Part shown: positions 42,000 through 51,484 of the stretch, piece after piece
Position numbering within the stretch: the first letter of the stretch is position 1
Layout: the number at the start of each line of letters is the position of its first letter
Assembly (NCBI GenBank): GCA_964534555.1
Contig: CAZHRK010000001.1
Span: 592,904 to 656,903, forward strand
From: an uncultured Pseudomonadota bacterium
GTDB lineage: Bacteria > Babelota > Babeliae > Babelales > RVW-14
Length of the DNA stretch: 64,000 nucleotides
Direction: 5' to 3'
Notes under the pieces: model-generated
The model's input: only the letters and a program-made list of their open reading frames with translations
What the model was told of the DNA's origin: nothing
Database searches by the model: none
Translations under genes and position numbers: made by a program

Positions 42000-42141
42000 T
42001 CTGGGGCGTAGGTGCCGCAGAGTGCGGGGTGTTCTGACGTAAGCTACTGATACGTAATAAACGCATCAGTTCAGCTTTGGCACGAGAATGTGCTATATAA
42101 TTGTTGTACGTTAACTGTATTTAAGGTTACAAGGAGCTTGA

Positions 42142-43122
42142 ATGACTCTGGTTGGTAGTTTATGTATGATTGTCGCGGGCCTAGCAGGTTTGTGGCAGGC
42201 GGGTGATTTTGTTGTGCACTATGCGGTACAGCTGGGTGATCGCTTTAAGATTTCTAAGTTTTTTCTTGGGTTTATTATTCTCGCGATTGCTGCTGATATT
42301 CCTGAGCTTGCAATAGCTATCACTTCTGCGCTCCAGGGTGCTAGCGGTGTTGCTGCTGGTGATATTATTGGCGCAAATTTTTCAGATATAACCCTTGTGA
42401 TCGGGACAACTCTTTTAATTACCGGTGGCACTGTTAAAATTACTGCACGTGATCGTAGAAGTATGCTTGCAATGGTATTTTTATCTGCGCTTGTGATGTT
42501 TCTAACGTTTGCTGCTGGGTCGGTTGATCGTGTTGTTGGAATGGGCCTGATTGTGACGTATATTGCCGCTATCGTCTGGCTTTGGAAGTCTGGCGCTAAG
42601 CATGATGTTATGCACGAAGAGGTTGAAGAAATCACAGAGCAAGAGACTCATAGCAAAGATTGGTTTTTAACATCAACGCCTGGTGTAGTTGCAAAACTTG
42701 CAGCAAGCCTTGGTGTGGTGATGTATGCATCACAAATTACCGTTGATGGTGCGCTTGCATTTGCAGAGCTTATTAATTTTTCACCAGAAAAAGTTGGTGC
42801 TGTGATCTTGGGTGTTGGAACATCCCTCCCAGAGCTTGCGCTTAGCCTTGGTGCTATACGTCGTGGCCACTTATCGCTCGCGCTGGGGCCAACGCTTGGT
42901 ACCGTTCTTGAGCAAACAACCTTTATCTTTGGTATTTTGGCTGCATTATCTGGTACGCCTGTAGAGCTTGGTGGCTTATGGATTGATGCGTTGTTTATGT
43001 TTGGTGCATTTGCTGTGATTGCATTTGGATTGATGAGACAAAAGCCAATGGGACGTATTTTTGGCGTTGCCCTGCTGATGCTTTTTGTCACGTATGTTGT
43101 TACGCGTACGTTTGTGATTTAA
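42142..43122 (+). CDS. Ca2+/cation antiporter (CaCA family, YrbG-like Na+/Ca2+ exchanger)
   Basis: SD aaggag. 10-TM pattern with two alpha-repeats (AADIPELAIAITSA and GTSLPELALSLGA). Confidence 0.8.
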   Translation: MTLVGSLCMIVAGLAGLWQAGDFVVHYAVQLGDRFKISKFFLGFIILAIAADIPELAIAITSALQGASGVAAGDIIGANFSDITLVIGTTLLITGGTVKITARDRRSMLAMVFLSALVMFLTFAAGSVDRVVGMGLIVTYIAAIVWLWKSGAKHDVMHEEVEEITEQETHSKDWFLTSTPGVVAKLAASLGVVMYASQITVDGALAFAELINFSPEKVGAVILGVGTSLPELALSLGAIRRGHLSLALGPTLGTVLEQTTFIFGILAALSGTPVELGGLWIDALFMFGAFAVIAFGLMRQKPMGRIFGVALLMLFVTYVVTRTFVI

Positions 43123-43168
43123 GACTAGCAGCACAAGCACAACACTTTTTATTTTGGATCATAAAAAA

Positions 43169-43189
43169 GGGGAGCCACAACGGCTCCCC
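43169..43189. terminator. Hairpin between the convergent antiporter and frr genes
   Basis: ggggagcc-acaac-ggctcccc, flanked by an A-run upstream and tttagtcttt downstream. Confidence 0.6.
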
Positions 43190-43220
43190 TTTAGTCTTTG
43201 TGTGCTTGAATTCGTGACAA

Positions 43221-43805
43221 CTAGATGTGTCCGATTTCTGCAGCTTTCTTATCATTCATCTGTTCTGCTTTTTCGATGAATGTATTTGTCACTTTATCAA
43301 GAAGATCGCTCAGGCGCTTTGCAAAGTCTTCTGATATTGTACGCTTTTTCTCTGCGTCACGAAGTGCATTATGGAATTCTTTGCGCACGTTACGCACACC
43401 AACTTTGCACTCTTCTGTTTTTTTGCCAAGAAGCTTAACAAGTTCATCACGGCGAGATGCGCTCATTTGTGGCAGCTGGACTCTGATAACGTTTCCATCG
43501 TTAATTGGTGCTGCGCCAATATCTGAAACAGCGATAGCTTTTTCAATTTCAGAAAGAACTGATTTGTCCCATGGCTGAACCATAAGCAAGCGTGCGTCTG
43601 GAGCTGAGAGTGTTGCAAGCTCTTTCAGGCTCATCATTTGACCGTAAGCATCAACTTTGATGTTCTCAAGCAATGCGATTGATGCTCGTCCTGTTCTGAT
43701 TGCTGCGAGCTCTTTTTCATAATGTTTTATCGGTTTATCCATGTGCTCTTTGAGCGGGTTTTCAAAAGCTTTAGAGTCGCCTTCTTGAAATGCTATTTCG
43801 ATCAT
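43221..43805 (-). CDS. frr: Ribosome recycling factor
   Basis: HMDKPIKHYEKELAAIRTGRAS...VQPWDKS...LPQMSASRRDELVK. Typical RRF with a short N-extension. Confidence 0.9.
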   Translation of the reverse strand: MIEIAFQEGDSKAFENPLKEHMDKPIKHYEKELAAIRTGRASIALLENIKVDAYGQMMSLKELATLSAPDARLLMVQPWDKSVLSEIEKAIAVSDIGAAPINDGNVIRVQLPQMSASRRDELVKLLGKKTEECKVGVRNVRKEFHNALRDAEKKRTISEDFAKRLSDLLDKVTNTFIEKAEQMNDKKAAEIGHI

Positions 43806-43820
43806 ACTGTTCCTTATACT

Positions 43821-44513
43821 TTAAGCTATTGTGCTTCCGAAATTTTTGTCGCTTACTGCTCGTAGGAGTGCGTTTTGCTCATTCATCGAAAAAACTCTGA
43901 GCATGATATTGTGTTGCTGAGCGATTACAAGTGCCGTTGTATCAACAACACCAAGTTTTTGCTCAATCGCGTACTGGTGCGATATTTTATCGAGTTTTAT
44001 AGCCATTCGATTTACTGATGGGTCTTTATCATATACCCCATCAACCTTGGTTGCTTTGTACACAGTTTTTGCCCCAACTTGCGTTGCTCGGATCATTGCT
44101 GCTGTATCAGTTGTGAAGCAAGGGTTTCCTGTGCCACCAACAAAAATAATCACATTACCGCTTTTTTGCAGCGCCGTGATTGTCTGCTGGCTGATAGAAA
44201 GCGATATGCCAGGCACAATTTGAGGAGATAAAAGCTGCGCCTGAACGCCTCGTTGAATAAGCAAGTCTTGAATAATAAGGCCATTCATAAATGTTGCCAT
44301 CATCCCAACGCTATCAGCTTGGGCAGGAGTGAGACCCAGCAGTCGACCCTCGTTGTTGCCTCTAAAAATATTGCCGCCGCCTATAATCAGGCTAACGTGG
44401 TGGTGGATGCTGAGCTGCTTGATTTGGTTTAAAAGCGCATCAAGAATCCCTGATGCGCCTTTTGTCATATCAATGATCTCACCACTTAGTTTGATGACCA
44501 GTGGCTCATTCAT
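43821..44513 (-). CDS. pyrH: UMP kinase
   Basis: VIKLSGE...IIGGGNIFRG...NPCFTTDTAAMIRA...GVYDKDP motifs. Confidence 0.9.
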   Translation of the reverse strand: MNEPLVIKLSGEIIDMTKGASGILDALLNQIKQLSIHHHVSLIIGGGNIFRGNNEGRLLGLTPAQADSVGMMATFMNGLIIQDLLIQRGVQAQLLSPQIVPGISLSISQQTITALQKSGNVIIFVGGTGNPCFTTDTAAMIRATQVGAKTVYKATKVDGVYDKDPSVNRMAIKLDKISHQYAIEQKLGVVDTTALVIAQQHNIMLRVFSMNEQNALLRAVSDKNFGSTIA

Positions 44514-44515
44514 AA

Positions 44516-45397
44516 TTATCTGCCAATTGAGAAGCGTTTGAACTGCTTAACTGTCACGTTAAGACCAAGGCCTTTTGCAACAGTGTCAACATGTTGCTTA
44601 ACGCTTTGTTTTTCATCTTTGATGAATGGTTGGTTGAGCAGGCATGCATCTTGGTAGAATTTGCTGAGTTTGCCTTCTACAATTTTTGCAATAACTTGCT
44701 CTGGCTTGCCGCTGTCTTTCATTTGATCCATAGCGATAGCGCGCTCTTTTTCAACGGTTGCAGGATCAAGTTCTGAAGGGCTTACGCATACTGGGTTTGT
44801 TACCGCGATTTGCATGCATACATCTTTTGCTAGAGCCTTGAGTGCGTCTGCATGGCTTGCAGCATCTTTATCTGTGCTGAGCTCAACCATAACACCAACT
44901 GTTGAACCTGGGTGGATGTAAACATTTACAAGTCCGTGGCCAGCAACAACAAAGCGATTAAAACGGTTTACTTTGATGTTTTCACAAATTTTAGCTGTTA
45001 GCTCATCAAGCATGCTCTTAATGGTCAACTTGCCATTTTTTGCATGTACTTGGGTCATCAGCTCTTCAACGTCTTTTGCGTCTTGGTGCGCGATGTGCTC
45101 TGCTACGTTGATAGCAAAATCACGCATGCTTTCTGTGTTTGCAGAGAAGTCTGTTTCGCACGCGGTCTCTACAAGAACCCCAGTTTTTCCGTCAACAGTA
45201 ACGAATGATTCCACGCGGCCATGGTTGGTAAGGTTGTCTGCGCGCTTTGCAGCTACAGCAGCGCCTTTTTTACGAAGAATCTCGAGTGCTTTTTCAAAGT
45301 CGCCTTCTGTTTCCATAAGCGCTTTTTTGCAATCCATAAGGCTAATTTGTGTCTTGTCGCGAAGTTGCTTTACAAGATCCATGCTGACTGTTGTCAT
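44516..45397 (-). CDS. tsf: Translation elongation factor Ts
   Basis: N-terminal UBA-like LVKQLRDKTQISLMDCKKALMETEGDFEKALEILRKKG, followed by EF-Ts dimerisation domains. Confidence 0.9.
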   Translation of the reverse strand: MTTVSMDLVKQLRDKTQISLMDCKKALMETEGDFEKALEILRKKGAAVAAKRADNLTNHGRVESFVTVDGKTGVLVETACETDFSANTESMRDFAINVAEHIAHQDAKDVEELMTQVHAKNGKLTIKSMLDELTAKICENIKVNRFNRFVVAGHGLVNVYIHPGSTVGVMVELSTDKDAASHADALKALAKDVCMQIAVTNPVCVSPSELDPATVEKERAIAMDQMKDSGKPEQVIAKIVEGKLSKFYQDACLLNQPFIKDEKQSVKQHVDTVAKGLGLNVTVKQFKRFSIGR

Positions 45398-45532
45398 AAA
45401 CGGCTCCTGAGGTCTTTAAAATTTGAAGAAAAAGTATCTTTTTTAAAAAATATAGCTATAATGCTTGCGTACATGAATTGACGTATCAGTCTGCCAGATT
45501 TGTGCAAATTTACAACTATTGGCACAACTGTT

Positions 45533-45561
45533 TTGACAAAAAGCGATGAAAAATTTACCAT
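45533..45561 (+). promoter_or_regulatory. Sigma70-like promoter candidate for rpmF
   Basis: TTGACA (45533-45538), 17-nt spacer, TACCAT (45556-45561). Confidence 0.3.
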
Positions 45562-45675
45562 AGGTGAACTTTAAAAAGTCTACCACTCATATGGTTTTTA
45601 ATTACTAGTTAACCAGGTTTACTGCTTTATTTGCTGAAATAAAGCTCACCAAGATAGTTTACGAGGAGTCATCTA

Positions 45676-45957
45676 ATGCCAGTACCTAAACGTAAGTTGT
45701 CGCGAAAGCGTCGTGATCAACGTTCGGCTAATAAAGGTATTAAGCCACAATCAATGTCTCGTTGTCAGACATGCCAATCACCTATTATGCCACACAAGGT
45801 ATGCTCAGAGTGCGGCTATTACAAAGGTATCAAGGTACTGCGTACAAAGACCGACCGTCTTTATGCTCGTGGTCAAGCACGCGAAGCTCAATCTGCGGCA
45901 CTCAATGCTTCAGCTTCAGCAAATCAAGCGCAAGCAGGTCAGAGCGAGCAGCAGTAA
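45676..45957 (+). CDS. rpmF: Ribosomal protein L32 with a ~35-aa Ala/Gln-rich C-terminal extension
   Basis: MPVPKRKLSRKRRDQR...CQTCQSPIMPHKVCSECGYYKG zinc-ribbon L32 core. SD gaggag. Confidence 0.85.
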   Translation: MPVPKRKLSRKRRDQRSANKGIKPQSMSRCQTCQSPIMPHKVCSECGYYKGIKVLRTKTDRLYARGQAREAQSAALNASASANQAQAGQSEQQ

Positions 45958-45984
45958 GCTGTTGATTTCTAGACATGAAATTTT

Positions 45985-46030
45985 AACGCCGCTTTTCAAA
46001 ACACTGTTTTTGAGAGGCGGCGTTTTTGTT
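45985..46030 (+). terminator. Hairpin (attenuator/terminator candidate) between rpmF and plsX
   Basis: aacgccgc, 24-nt loop, gcggcgtt, followed by tttgtttt. The large loop lowers confidence. Confidence 0.35.
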
Positions 46031-46047
46031 TTGAAAGGTATTTTCAG

Positions 46048-46938
46048 ATGATCGCGCTTGATGTTATGGGTGGTGATTATGCCCCTGATGTTGTTCTTGA
46101 AGCTGCTGTAGAGGCTGCTCGAGGTGGCGTTTCGATTTTATTGTTTGGCCCTAGCCAGCGTATACAAGAATCACTCAGCCGGCTTCATGCTGATTGGGCT
46201 GCATTACCCCTCAAAATAGTTGATGCACCTGATACCGTTGGCATGGATGAAGAGCCTGTTTTTGCGGTCAGAAAAAAACCTCAATCGTCTTTGGTGATGG
46301 CTGTTTCTGCTGTTGCGCGTGGCCAAGCATCGGCTGTTGTGTCTGCCGGTAATTCTGGTGCTCTCATGGCTGCTGCAGCATTTATTATTGGCCGTATCGA
46401 TGGGATAGAGCGTCCCGCTATTGCAGGGTTTTTTCCTTCCCATTCTGGGCGTGTTTTGGTGCTTGATCTTGGTGCAAATACAGAGTGCAGACCACAGCAC
46501 CTCCTTCAGTTTGCCCAGCTTGGCGATGCATACGCTCGAGAGCTTGGGATCAGCAATCCGCGCATAGGTCTTCTGGCAAATGGTCATGAAGAGACCAAGG
46601 GGAGCCTTTTAGTTAAAGAGGCACACCAGCTTATCAAGCAGGATGGGGCATTTAATTTTATTGGCAATATTGAGCCATACGATATTATCGATCACAAGGC
46701 AGACGTTGTTGTCTGTGATGGTTTTTCAGGTAATATTTTGCTCAAAACTCAAGAGGCCGTTATCGAGGCAGCCGCTGCTTGGACTGGTAACGCAGCCGCC
46801 CTTGAAGAGCATATGACGCACAGAACTGTTGGTGGCGCGCTGTTGCTTGGCGTGAAAGGGCGTGTTATCGTCTGCCATGGTGCGTCCGATGCAAAAATGC
46901 TAAAAAACGCACTTTTTTTCGCCGCCCAAAAGAGTTAA
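46048..46938 (+). CDS. plsX: Phosphate acyltransferase PlsX
   Basis: IALDVMGGDYAP, SAGNSGALMAAA and CDGFSGNILLK motifs. Confidence 0.85.
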   Translation: MIALDVMGGDYAPDVVLEAAVEAARGGVSILLFGPSQRIQESLSRLHADWAALPLKIVDAPDTVGMDEEPVFAVRKKPQSSLVMAVSAVARGQASAVVSAGNSGALMAAAAFIIGRIDGIERPAIAGFFPSHSGRVLVLDLGANTECRPQHLLQFAQLGDAYARELGISNPRIGLLANGHEETKGSLLVKEAHQLIKQDGAFNFIGNIEPYDIIDHKADVVVCDGFSGNILLKTQEAVIEAAAAWTGNAAALEEHMTHRTVGGALLLGVKGRVIVCHGASDAKMLKNALFFAAQKS

Positions 46939-47055
46939 ATATTGCAGTTTGAATTGCAAAAGCTGCAAAAATGCAGGAAAATGCCTCTTTATATACAAAG
47001 AAATATAATTCTGTATAGTTAAAAAACATACAAAAATGCAATCACAGGAGAGTCT

Positions 47056-47790
47056 ATGAACGAGTCACGCAGCATGCTGTCGTCATGGTCAGAGCAATCA
47101 AAAGAGTTTGCTTTGAATTACACACGCCAGCTGGTTTATGGGGTTATCGGGGCTGTCGTTATTGGTCTTGGTGGGCTAGGGTATCATCAGTACTGGAAGC
47201 ATATGCAAGCCGTTGCGCAGGGTGATTTAGCTACCGCGCTTCGTTTTGTTGATGCACCGATTATTCCTGGTGGCAAGACTGTAGTAGATGGTGATGCTAT
47301 CCAATTTGCTTCGGCAGAGGATAAGTGGAATCATCTGAATAAAGTGTTTGCAGAGGCTTATGCTAAGAATAAAGGTTCTGGAATAAGCGGTATGTTCCTT
47401 GTTAATCAGGCAGATGCCTTGATTAATCTTGGCAAAAACACCCAAGCGCTAGAAGTGATGAATGAAGCGCTGGATCGTTTGCCAAGCAAGGAGTTGAAAG
47501 ATTTTTATCGCGTTAAACGCGCGCTTATGAAAATGGATAACGAAGGTGCCGTAGTACAAAAAGAAGGCCTTGAGGAGCTTAAAAAGCTTGCTGATAATCA
47601 AAGCAGCTATGCTCATGAACAAGCGCTTTACTACCTTGGCAACTACTTCTGGGTTCATAAGGACTTTGCACAGGCAAAAAATTACTGGCAGCAGCTTGTT
47701 GTTAAATACGGTATGCGCGATGGACAGCACCCATCACCATATGTCGATGTTGTCAGATCTAAGTTACGTTTGATTAGTGCTGAATGGTAA
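47056..47790 (+). CDS. Membrane-anchored TPR-like protein (YfgM-like)
   Basis: SD aggag. A single TM (LVYGVIGAVVIGLGGLGY) followed by a helical-repeat domain. The family call is tentative. Confidence 0.4.
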   Translation: MNESRSMLSSWSEQSKEFALNYTRQLVYGVIGAVVIGLGGLGYHQYWKHMQAVAQGDLATALRFVDAPIIPGGKTVVDGDAIQFASAEDKWNHLNKVFAEAYAKNKGSGISGMFLVNQADALINLGKNTQALEVMNEALDRLPSKELKDFYRVKRALMKMDNEGAVVQKEGLEELKKLADNQSSYAHEQALYYLGNYFWVHKDFAQAKNYWQQLVVKYGMRDGQHPSPYVDVVRSKLRLISAEW

Positions 47791-47800
47791 GGAATAGATA

Positions 47801-49225
47801 GTGAGTACAGGTACACTACGAGTTAGATTTGCTCCATCTCCAACAGGGCACCTCCACATTGGTGGTTTGCGTTCTGCAATCTTTAATTGGTTGTATGCGC
47901 GTCATCATGGCGGAACATTTCTTATTCGTGTTGAGGATACTGATGTAGCCCGCTCAAGCGAGGCGTATGTTCAGTCCCAACTCGCAAGTTTGGCATGGCT
48001 TGGGCTATCGCCAGATGAACCTATCGTGTACCAGCTTTCACGTATCGAAAAGCACAAAGCAGCGGCGCGCCACCTTTTGCTTAACGGCAGAGCGTATCCG
48101 TGCTTCTGTGACCCGCGTGATGCAGATCAGCTTGTTTCTGATTTAGAGATGGGCCTTGGCAGCAAGTACGCTGGTGTGTGCAGAAACAAAACCTTTACCG
48201 ACCAAGATTTACAAAAGCCTCATGCCATCAGATTTAAATTACCTGATGGCATGCAGGATGTTGTGTTTAATGATCTGGTGCTAGGCGAGATTCGCGTTAA
48301 CATCGATCAGCTTGATGATTTTGTCATCGTTCGTAGAGATGGCACTCCGGTGTATAATTTCTGCGTTGTCGTCGATGACATTGATATGAAAATTTCACAC
48401 ATTATTCGTGGCCAAGACCACGTTTCAAACACGCCAAAACAGATTTTGTTGTATGATGCGCTTGGCGCTCAGCCACCTCATTTTGCCCATATTCCACTTA
48501 TCCTTGGGCCAAATGGCGGCAAACTCAGTAAGCGTGATGCTGCTGTATCTGTTGGTGAATACCATGCCCAAGGCTACTTGCCAGAAGCTTTGATGAACTA
48601 CCTTGTTCGTTTAGGGTGGTCGCATGGTGATCAAGAGGTCTTTACTGCTGAAGAATTAGTTAGGCTTTTTACGCTTGATTCTATCGGCAAAAAAGGATCT
48701 ATTTTCGATGTTAAAAAATTACAATGGCTTAACGCTCATTACATGAAGCAAAAAGATGCGCTTACGCTTCTTGATGCTATTAAGAGTGTTAACCACGAGT
48801 TTTATGATGAGCTTGTTTCGCTTTGGCCTGATGCCATGCTAACAAGGCTTATTGATGAATATAAGCAACGTGCATCAACATTAGTTGATTTGTATGAAGC
48901 CGTAAGAAATCTTGCCAAAGAGCCGGGTATTTATAATACCGCGCTTATTGCACAGTGGGTGACTCCACAAACAGCCGATGTGCTCGAGCAGCTTTGTGCT
49001 CAGCTTGAGTCGCAGCAGGCATTTACTGATCATGCAGTTTTATCTGCAGCTGGTCAGGAGCTTTGTAAGTATTATGGACTTAAAACTGTTCAGCTTGCGC
49101 AGCCAATTAGGCTTGCGCTTACTGGTGGGATTGCCAGTCCAGGTGTTTTTGAGCTTATGTCACTTCTTGGCAAAGAGTGTTCATTACGAAGAATTAGGGC
49201 ACTAGTTGCGCAGCTGCGTACCTAG
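47801..49225 (+). CDS. gltX: Glutamyl-tRNA synthetase
   Basis: GTG start. HIGH motif PSPTGHLHIGGLR, KMSKS-type KLSKR, class I Glu/Gln catalytic core. Confidence 0.9.
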   Translation: MSTGTLRVRFAPSPTGHLHIGGLRSAIFNWLYARHHGGTFLIRVEDTDVARSSEAYVQSQLASLAWLGLSPDEPIVYQLSRIEKHKAAARHLLLNGRAYPCFCDPRDADQLVSDLEMGLGSKYAGVCRNKTFTDQDLQKPHAIRFKLPDGMQDVVFNDLVLGEIRVNIDQLDDFVIVRRDGTPVYNFCVVVDDIDMKISHIIRGQDHVSNTPKQILLYDALGAQPPHFAHIPLILGPNGGKLSKRDAAVSVGEYHAQGYLPEALMNYLVRLGWSHGDQEVFTAEELVRLFTLDSIGKKGSIFDVKKLQWLNAHYMKQKDALTLLDAIKSVNHEFYDELVSLWPDAMLTRLIDEYKQRASTLVDLYEAVRNLAKEPGIYNTALIAQWVTPQTADVLEQLCAQLESQQAFTDHAVLSAAGQELCKYYGLKTVQLAQPIRLALTGGIASPGVFELMSLLGKECSLRRIRALVAQLRT

Positions 49226-49247
49226 TGATTCATGGGGGAGGTTAGAA

Positions 49248-50324
49248 ATGACAAAGCCAATTATTGGAATGATTTTTCCTGGGCAGGGATCGCAAGGTCT
49301 TGGTATGGGAAAAGATTTATATGACAGAGAACGTTCGATTCAAGAGCTATTTGAGCAAGCATCAAGTTGTGTTGATAACAACTTTGTGCGCCTCTGTTTT
49401 GCATCATCTGAGCGTGAACTGCGTGAAACGATTAATGCACAGACGTCTATTTTTCTTGTAAGCGTTGCAATCACGAACTTGCTGAAAGAAAAATTTGGGG
49501 TAGTGCCTGACATTGTTGCAGGACACAGTTCTGGCGAATATGCTGCGCTTTACGCAGCTGGTGGTATGTCATTTGTCGATGCCCTCTATCTTTTGAAAAA
49601 ACGTGCACTGTTTATGGACGAGGCAACAAAAGCTCACCCTGGTGGAATGATTGGGGTACTTGGATTGCCGTATGATACGCTCCATTCAATTTGTCAGCGT
49701 TATGATGATACGACTGGTAATCAGCATGTTGCGGAAATTGTTAACTATAACTCTCCTGGCCAACTTGTAGTTTCTGGTACGCTGCCCGAGCTTGAAGCCA
49801 TCACCCGTGATGTCAAAGCTGCTGGTGGTAAAGTGCTCCCGCTCAACGTTGCAGGAGCTTTTCACTCTCGCTTGATGCGTGATGCTGCTAAGTTATTTGC
49901 CATGTATATGGTCAAGGTTGATTTTAAAGATTTAACAGTCCCACTGGTTAATAACGTTCAGGCTCAGCTTGTCTCTACAAACGAGCAGATTAAGCAATCA
50001 TTGATTAATCAGATGAGCTCAAACGTCTTGTGGTGGCCGTCAATGCAGCATTTTGCAAAGTGCGATATTATCATTGAGGTTGGCCCAAGCAATAAATTAT
50101 CCAAAATGCTTAAGCGTGAATGGCCAGAAAAAGAAATTTACTCACTCAGCAACCCTGCAGAGCTTGAGCTGCTTATGGCTCGACTTGGGCAGAAGGTTGA
50201 AAAATCTGAACTAGAACTTGACCTTGAACGAGAAAAAGTGGCTAAAAAAGAGGCTGCTGAGGCAGAGCTTGCGGCACTTATCGTTTCTCCTCAAGAATCA
50301 TCTGACGGTCAGCCATACGTTTAA
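49248..50324 (+). CDS. fabD: Malonyl-CoA:ACP transacylase with a ~50-aa charged C-terminal extension
   Basis: SD gggggagg. FPGQGSQ, the active-site GHSSGEY, and VAGAFHS. Confidence 0.9.
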   Translation: MTKPIIGMIFPGQGSQGLGMGKDLYDRERSIQELFEQASSCVDNNFVRLCFASSERELRETINAQTSIFLVSVAITNLLKEKFGVVPDIVAGHSSGEYAALYAAGGMSFVDALYLLKKRALFMDEATKAHPGGMIGVLGLPYDTLHSICQRYDDTTGNQHVAEIVNYNSPGQLVVSGTLPELEAITRDVKAAGGKVLPLNVAGAFHSRLMRDAAKLFAMYMVKVDFKDLTVPLVNNVQAQLVSTNEQIKQSLINQMSSNVLWWPSMQHFAKCDIIIEVGPSNKLSKMLKREWPEKEIYSLSNPAELELLMARLGQKVEKSELELDLEREKVAKKEAAEAELAALIVSPQESSDGQPYV

Positions 50325-50411
50325 GGCGCTGTCGTTTCCTCGTGAATAGTAAATAAAACAGGGTGGGTGTATACTCGCCCTGTTTTATTTTGTTGCTACA
50401 AAGGGTTTTTT

Positions 50412-51131
50412 ATGCAGCATACAGCTATTGTTACAGGGGGGCTGTCTGGGATTGGGCGATCTATTGCTCAATTATTGCAAAAAAGAGGCGATTTTGTTGT
50501 TATTTTCGATCGGCTGAGTCCAGCTGATGCCCAAGGGCATGTCGGGTCTGCCTACATCCAAGTTGATATTTCAAGCGCAGAGGGGGTAAATTTGGCTTTT
50601 AAGGAGCTTGATCGCCTTATCCTGCAGGACAACCTACCCCCGGTGGGTATTTTGATTAATAACGCCGGTATTACGCATGATGGTCTTGCGCTCAGGCTAA
50701 AAGAGGCTGCTTGGGACGCTGTGCTCGATGTCAACCTTAAGGGCTCTTTTTTGTGTGCCCAGCAGGCGCTTATGCGTATGGTTAAAAACCCCGTCAGTTA
50801 TATTATTTTTATGAGCTCTATCGTTGGAGTTAGGGGGAATCCTGGCCAGGCGAATTATGCCGCGAGTAAGGCTGGGGTTATTGGGCTTGCCAGCTCTTTG
50901 GCCCGGGAGTACGCAGGGCGGAATGTCCTGATCAATACCCTTGCCCCAGGTTTTATTAGCACCCCAATGACTGACAAACTTTCTGCAGAGCAGCAAGCCA
51001 CTATTTTGCAGCATATTCCACTTAAGCGGTTTGGTTCGCCCGCTGACGTTGCCGCCCTTGTTGGGTTCTTGACGTCTGGTGATGCTGACTATATAACGGG
51101 GCAGGTTATTGAAGTTACAGGTGGAATGTAA
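50412..51131 (+). CDS. fabG: 3-oxoacyl-ACP reductase
   Basis: TGGLSGIGRSIA, NNAGI, YAASKAG. Start is MQHTAIVTGG. Confidence 0.9.
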   Translation: MQHTAIVTGGLSGIGRSIAQLLQKRGDFVVIFDRLSPADAQGHVGSAYIQVDISSAEGVNLAFKELDRLILQDNLPPVGILINNAGITHDGLALRLKEAAWDAVLDVNLKGSFLCAQQALMRMVKNPVSYIIFMSSIVGVRGNPGQANYAASKAGVIGLASSLAREYAGRNVLINTLAPGFISTPMTDKLSAEQQATILQHIPLKRFGSPADVAALVGFLTSGDADYITGQVIEVTGGM

Positions 51132-51229
51132 GGATCTTTTCATTCATGCATAACATGCTACACTAGGTCCCTATGTGTGGGCGGTGACAGCCTGCATGCG
51201 CGATACGTATGTTTTTCAAAGGAGACACA

Positions 51230-51478
51230 ATGGCTTTTTTACGTGAAGATACAGTAGCAAAAGTTGCATCAATCGTAGCAGACAAGCTAAGCATTCCTGC
51301 TTCCCAAGTCGTTGAAACTGCGACATTTAAAGATTTGAACGCAGATTCTCTTGATATCGTTGAAATCATTATGGGCTTTGAAGAAGCATTTGGTATCGAA
51401 ATCAAAGATGAAGATGCAGAAAAGATTAAAACAATTGGTCAGGCAGTTGATCTGATCCATGGCGCTCGTACGAAGTAA
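51230..51478 (+). CDS. acpP: Acyl carrier protein
   Basis: SD aaaggag. LNADSLDIVEIIM phosphopantetheine site. Confidence 0.9.
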   Translation: MAFLREDTVAKVASIVADKLSIPASQVVETATFKDLNADSLDIVEIIMGFEEAFGIEIKDEDAEKIKTIGQAVDLIHGARTK

Positions 51479-51484
51479 GCCTAC

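Noticed and set aside
42078-42093. A sigma54-like TGGCACG-N-TGTGC upstream of the antiporter.
   Set aside because: The GG and GC dinucleotides are separated by 11 nt rather than the required 10, and the -12 element is TGTGC, not TTGC. It is probably a chance match.
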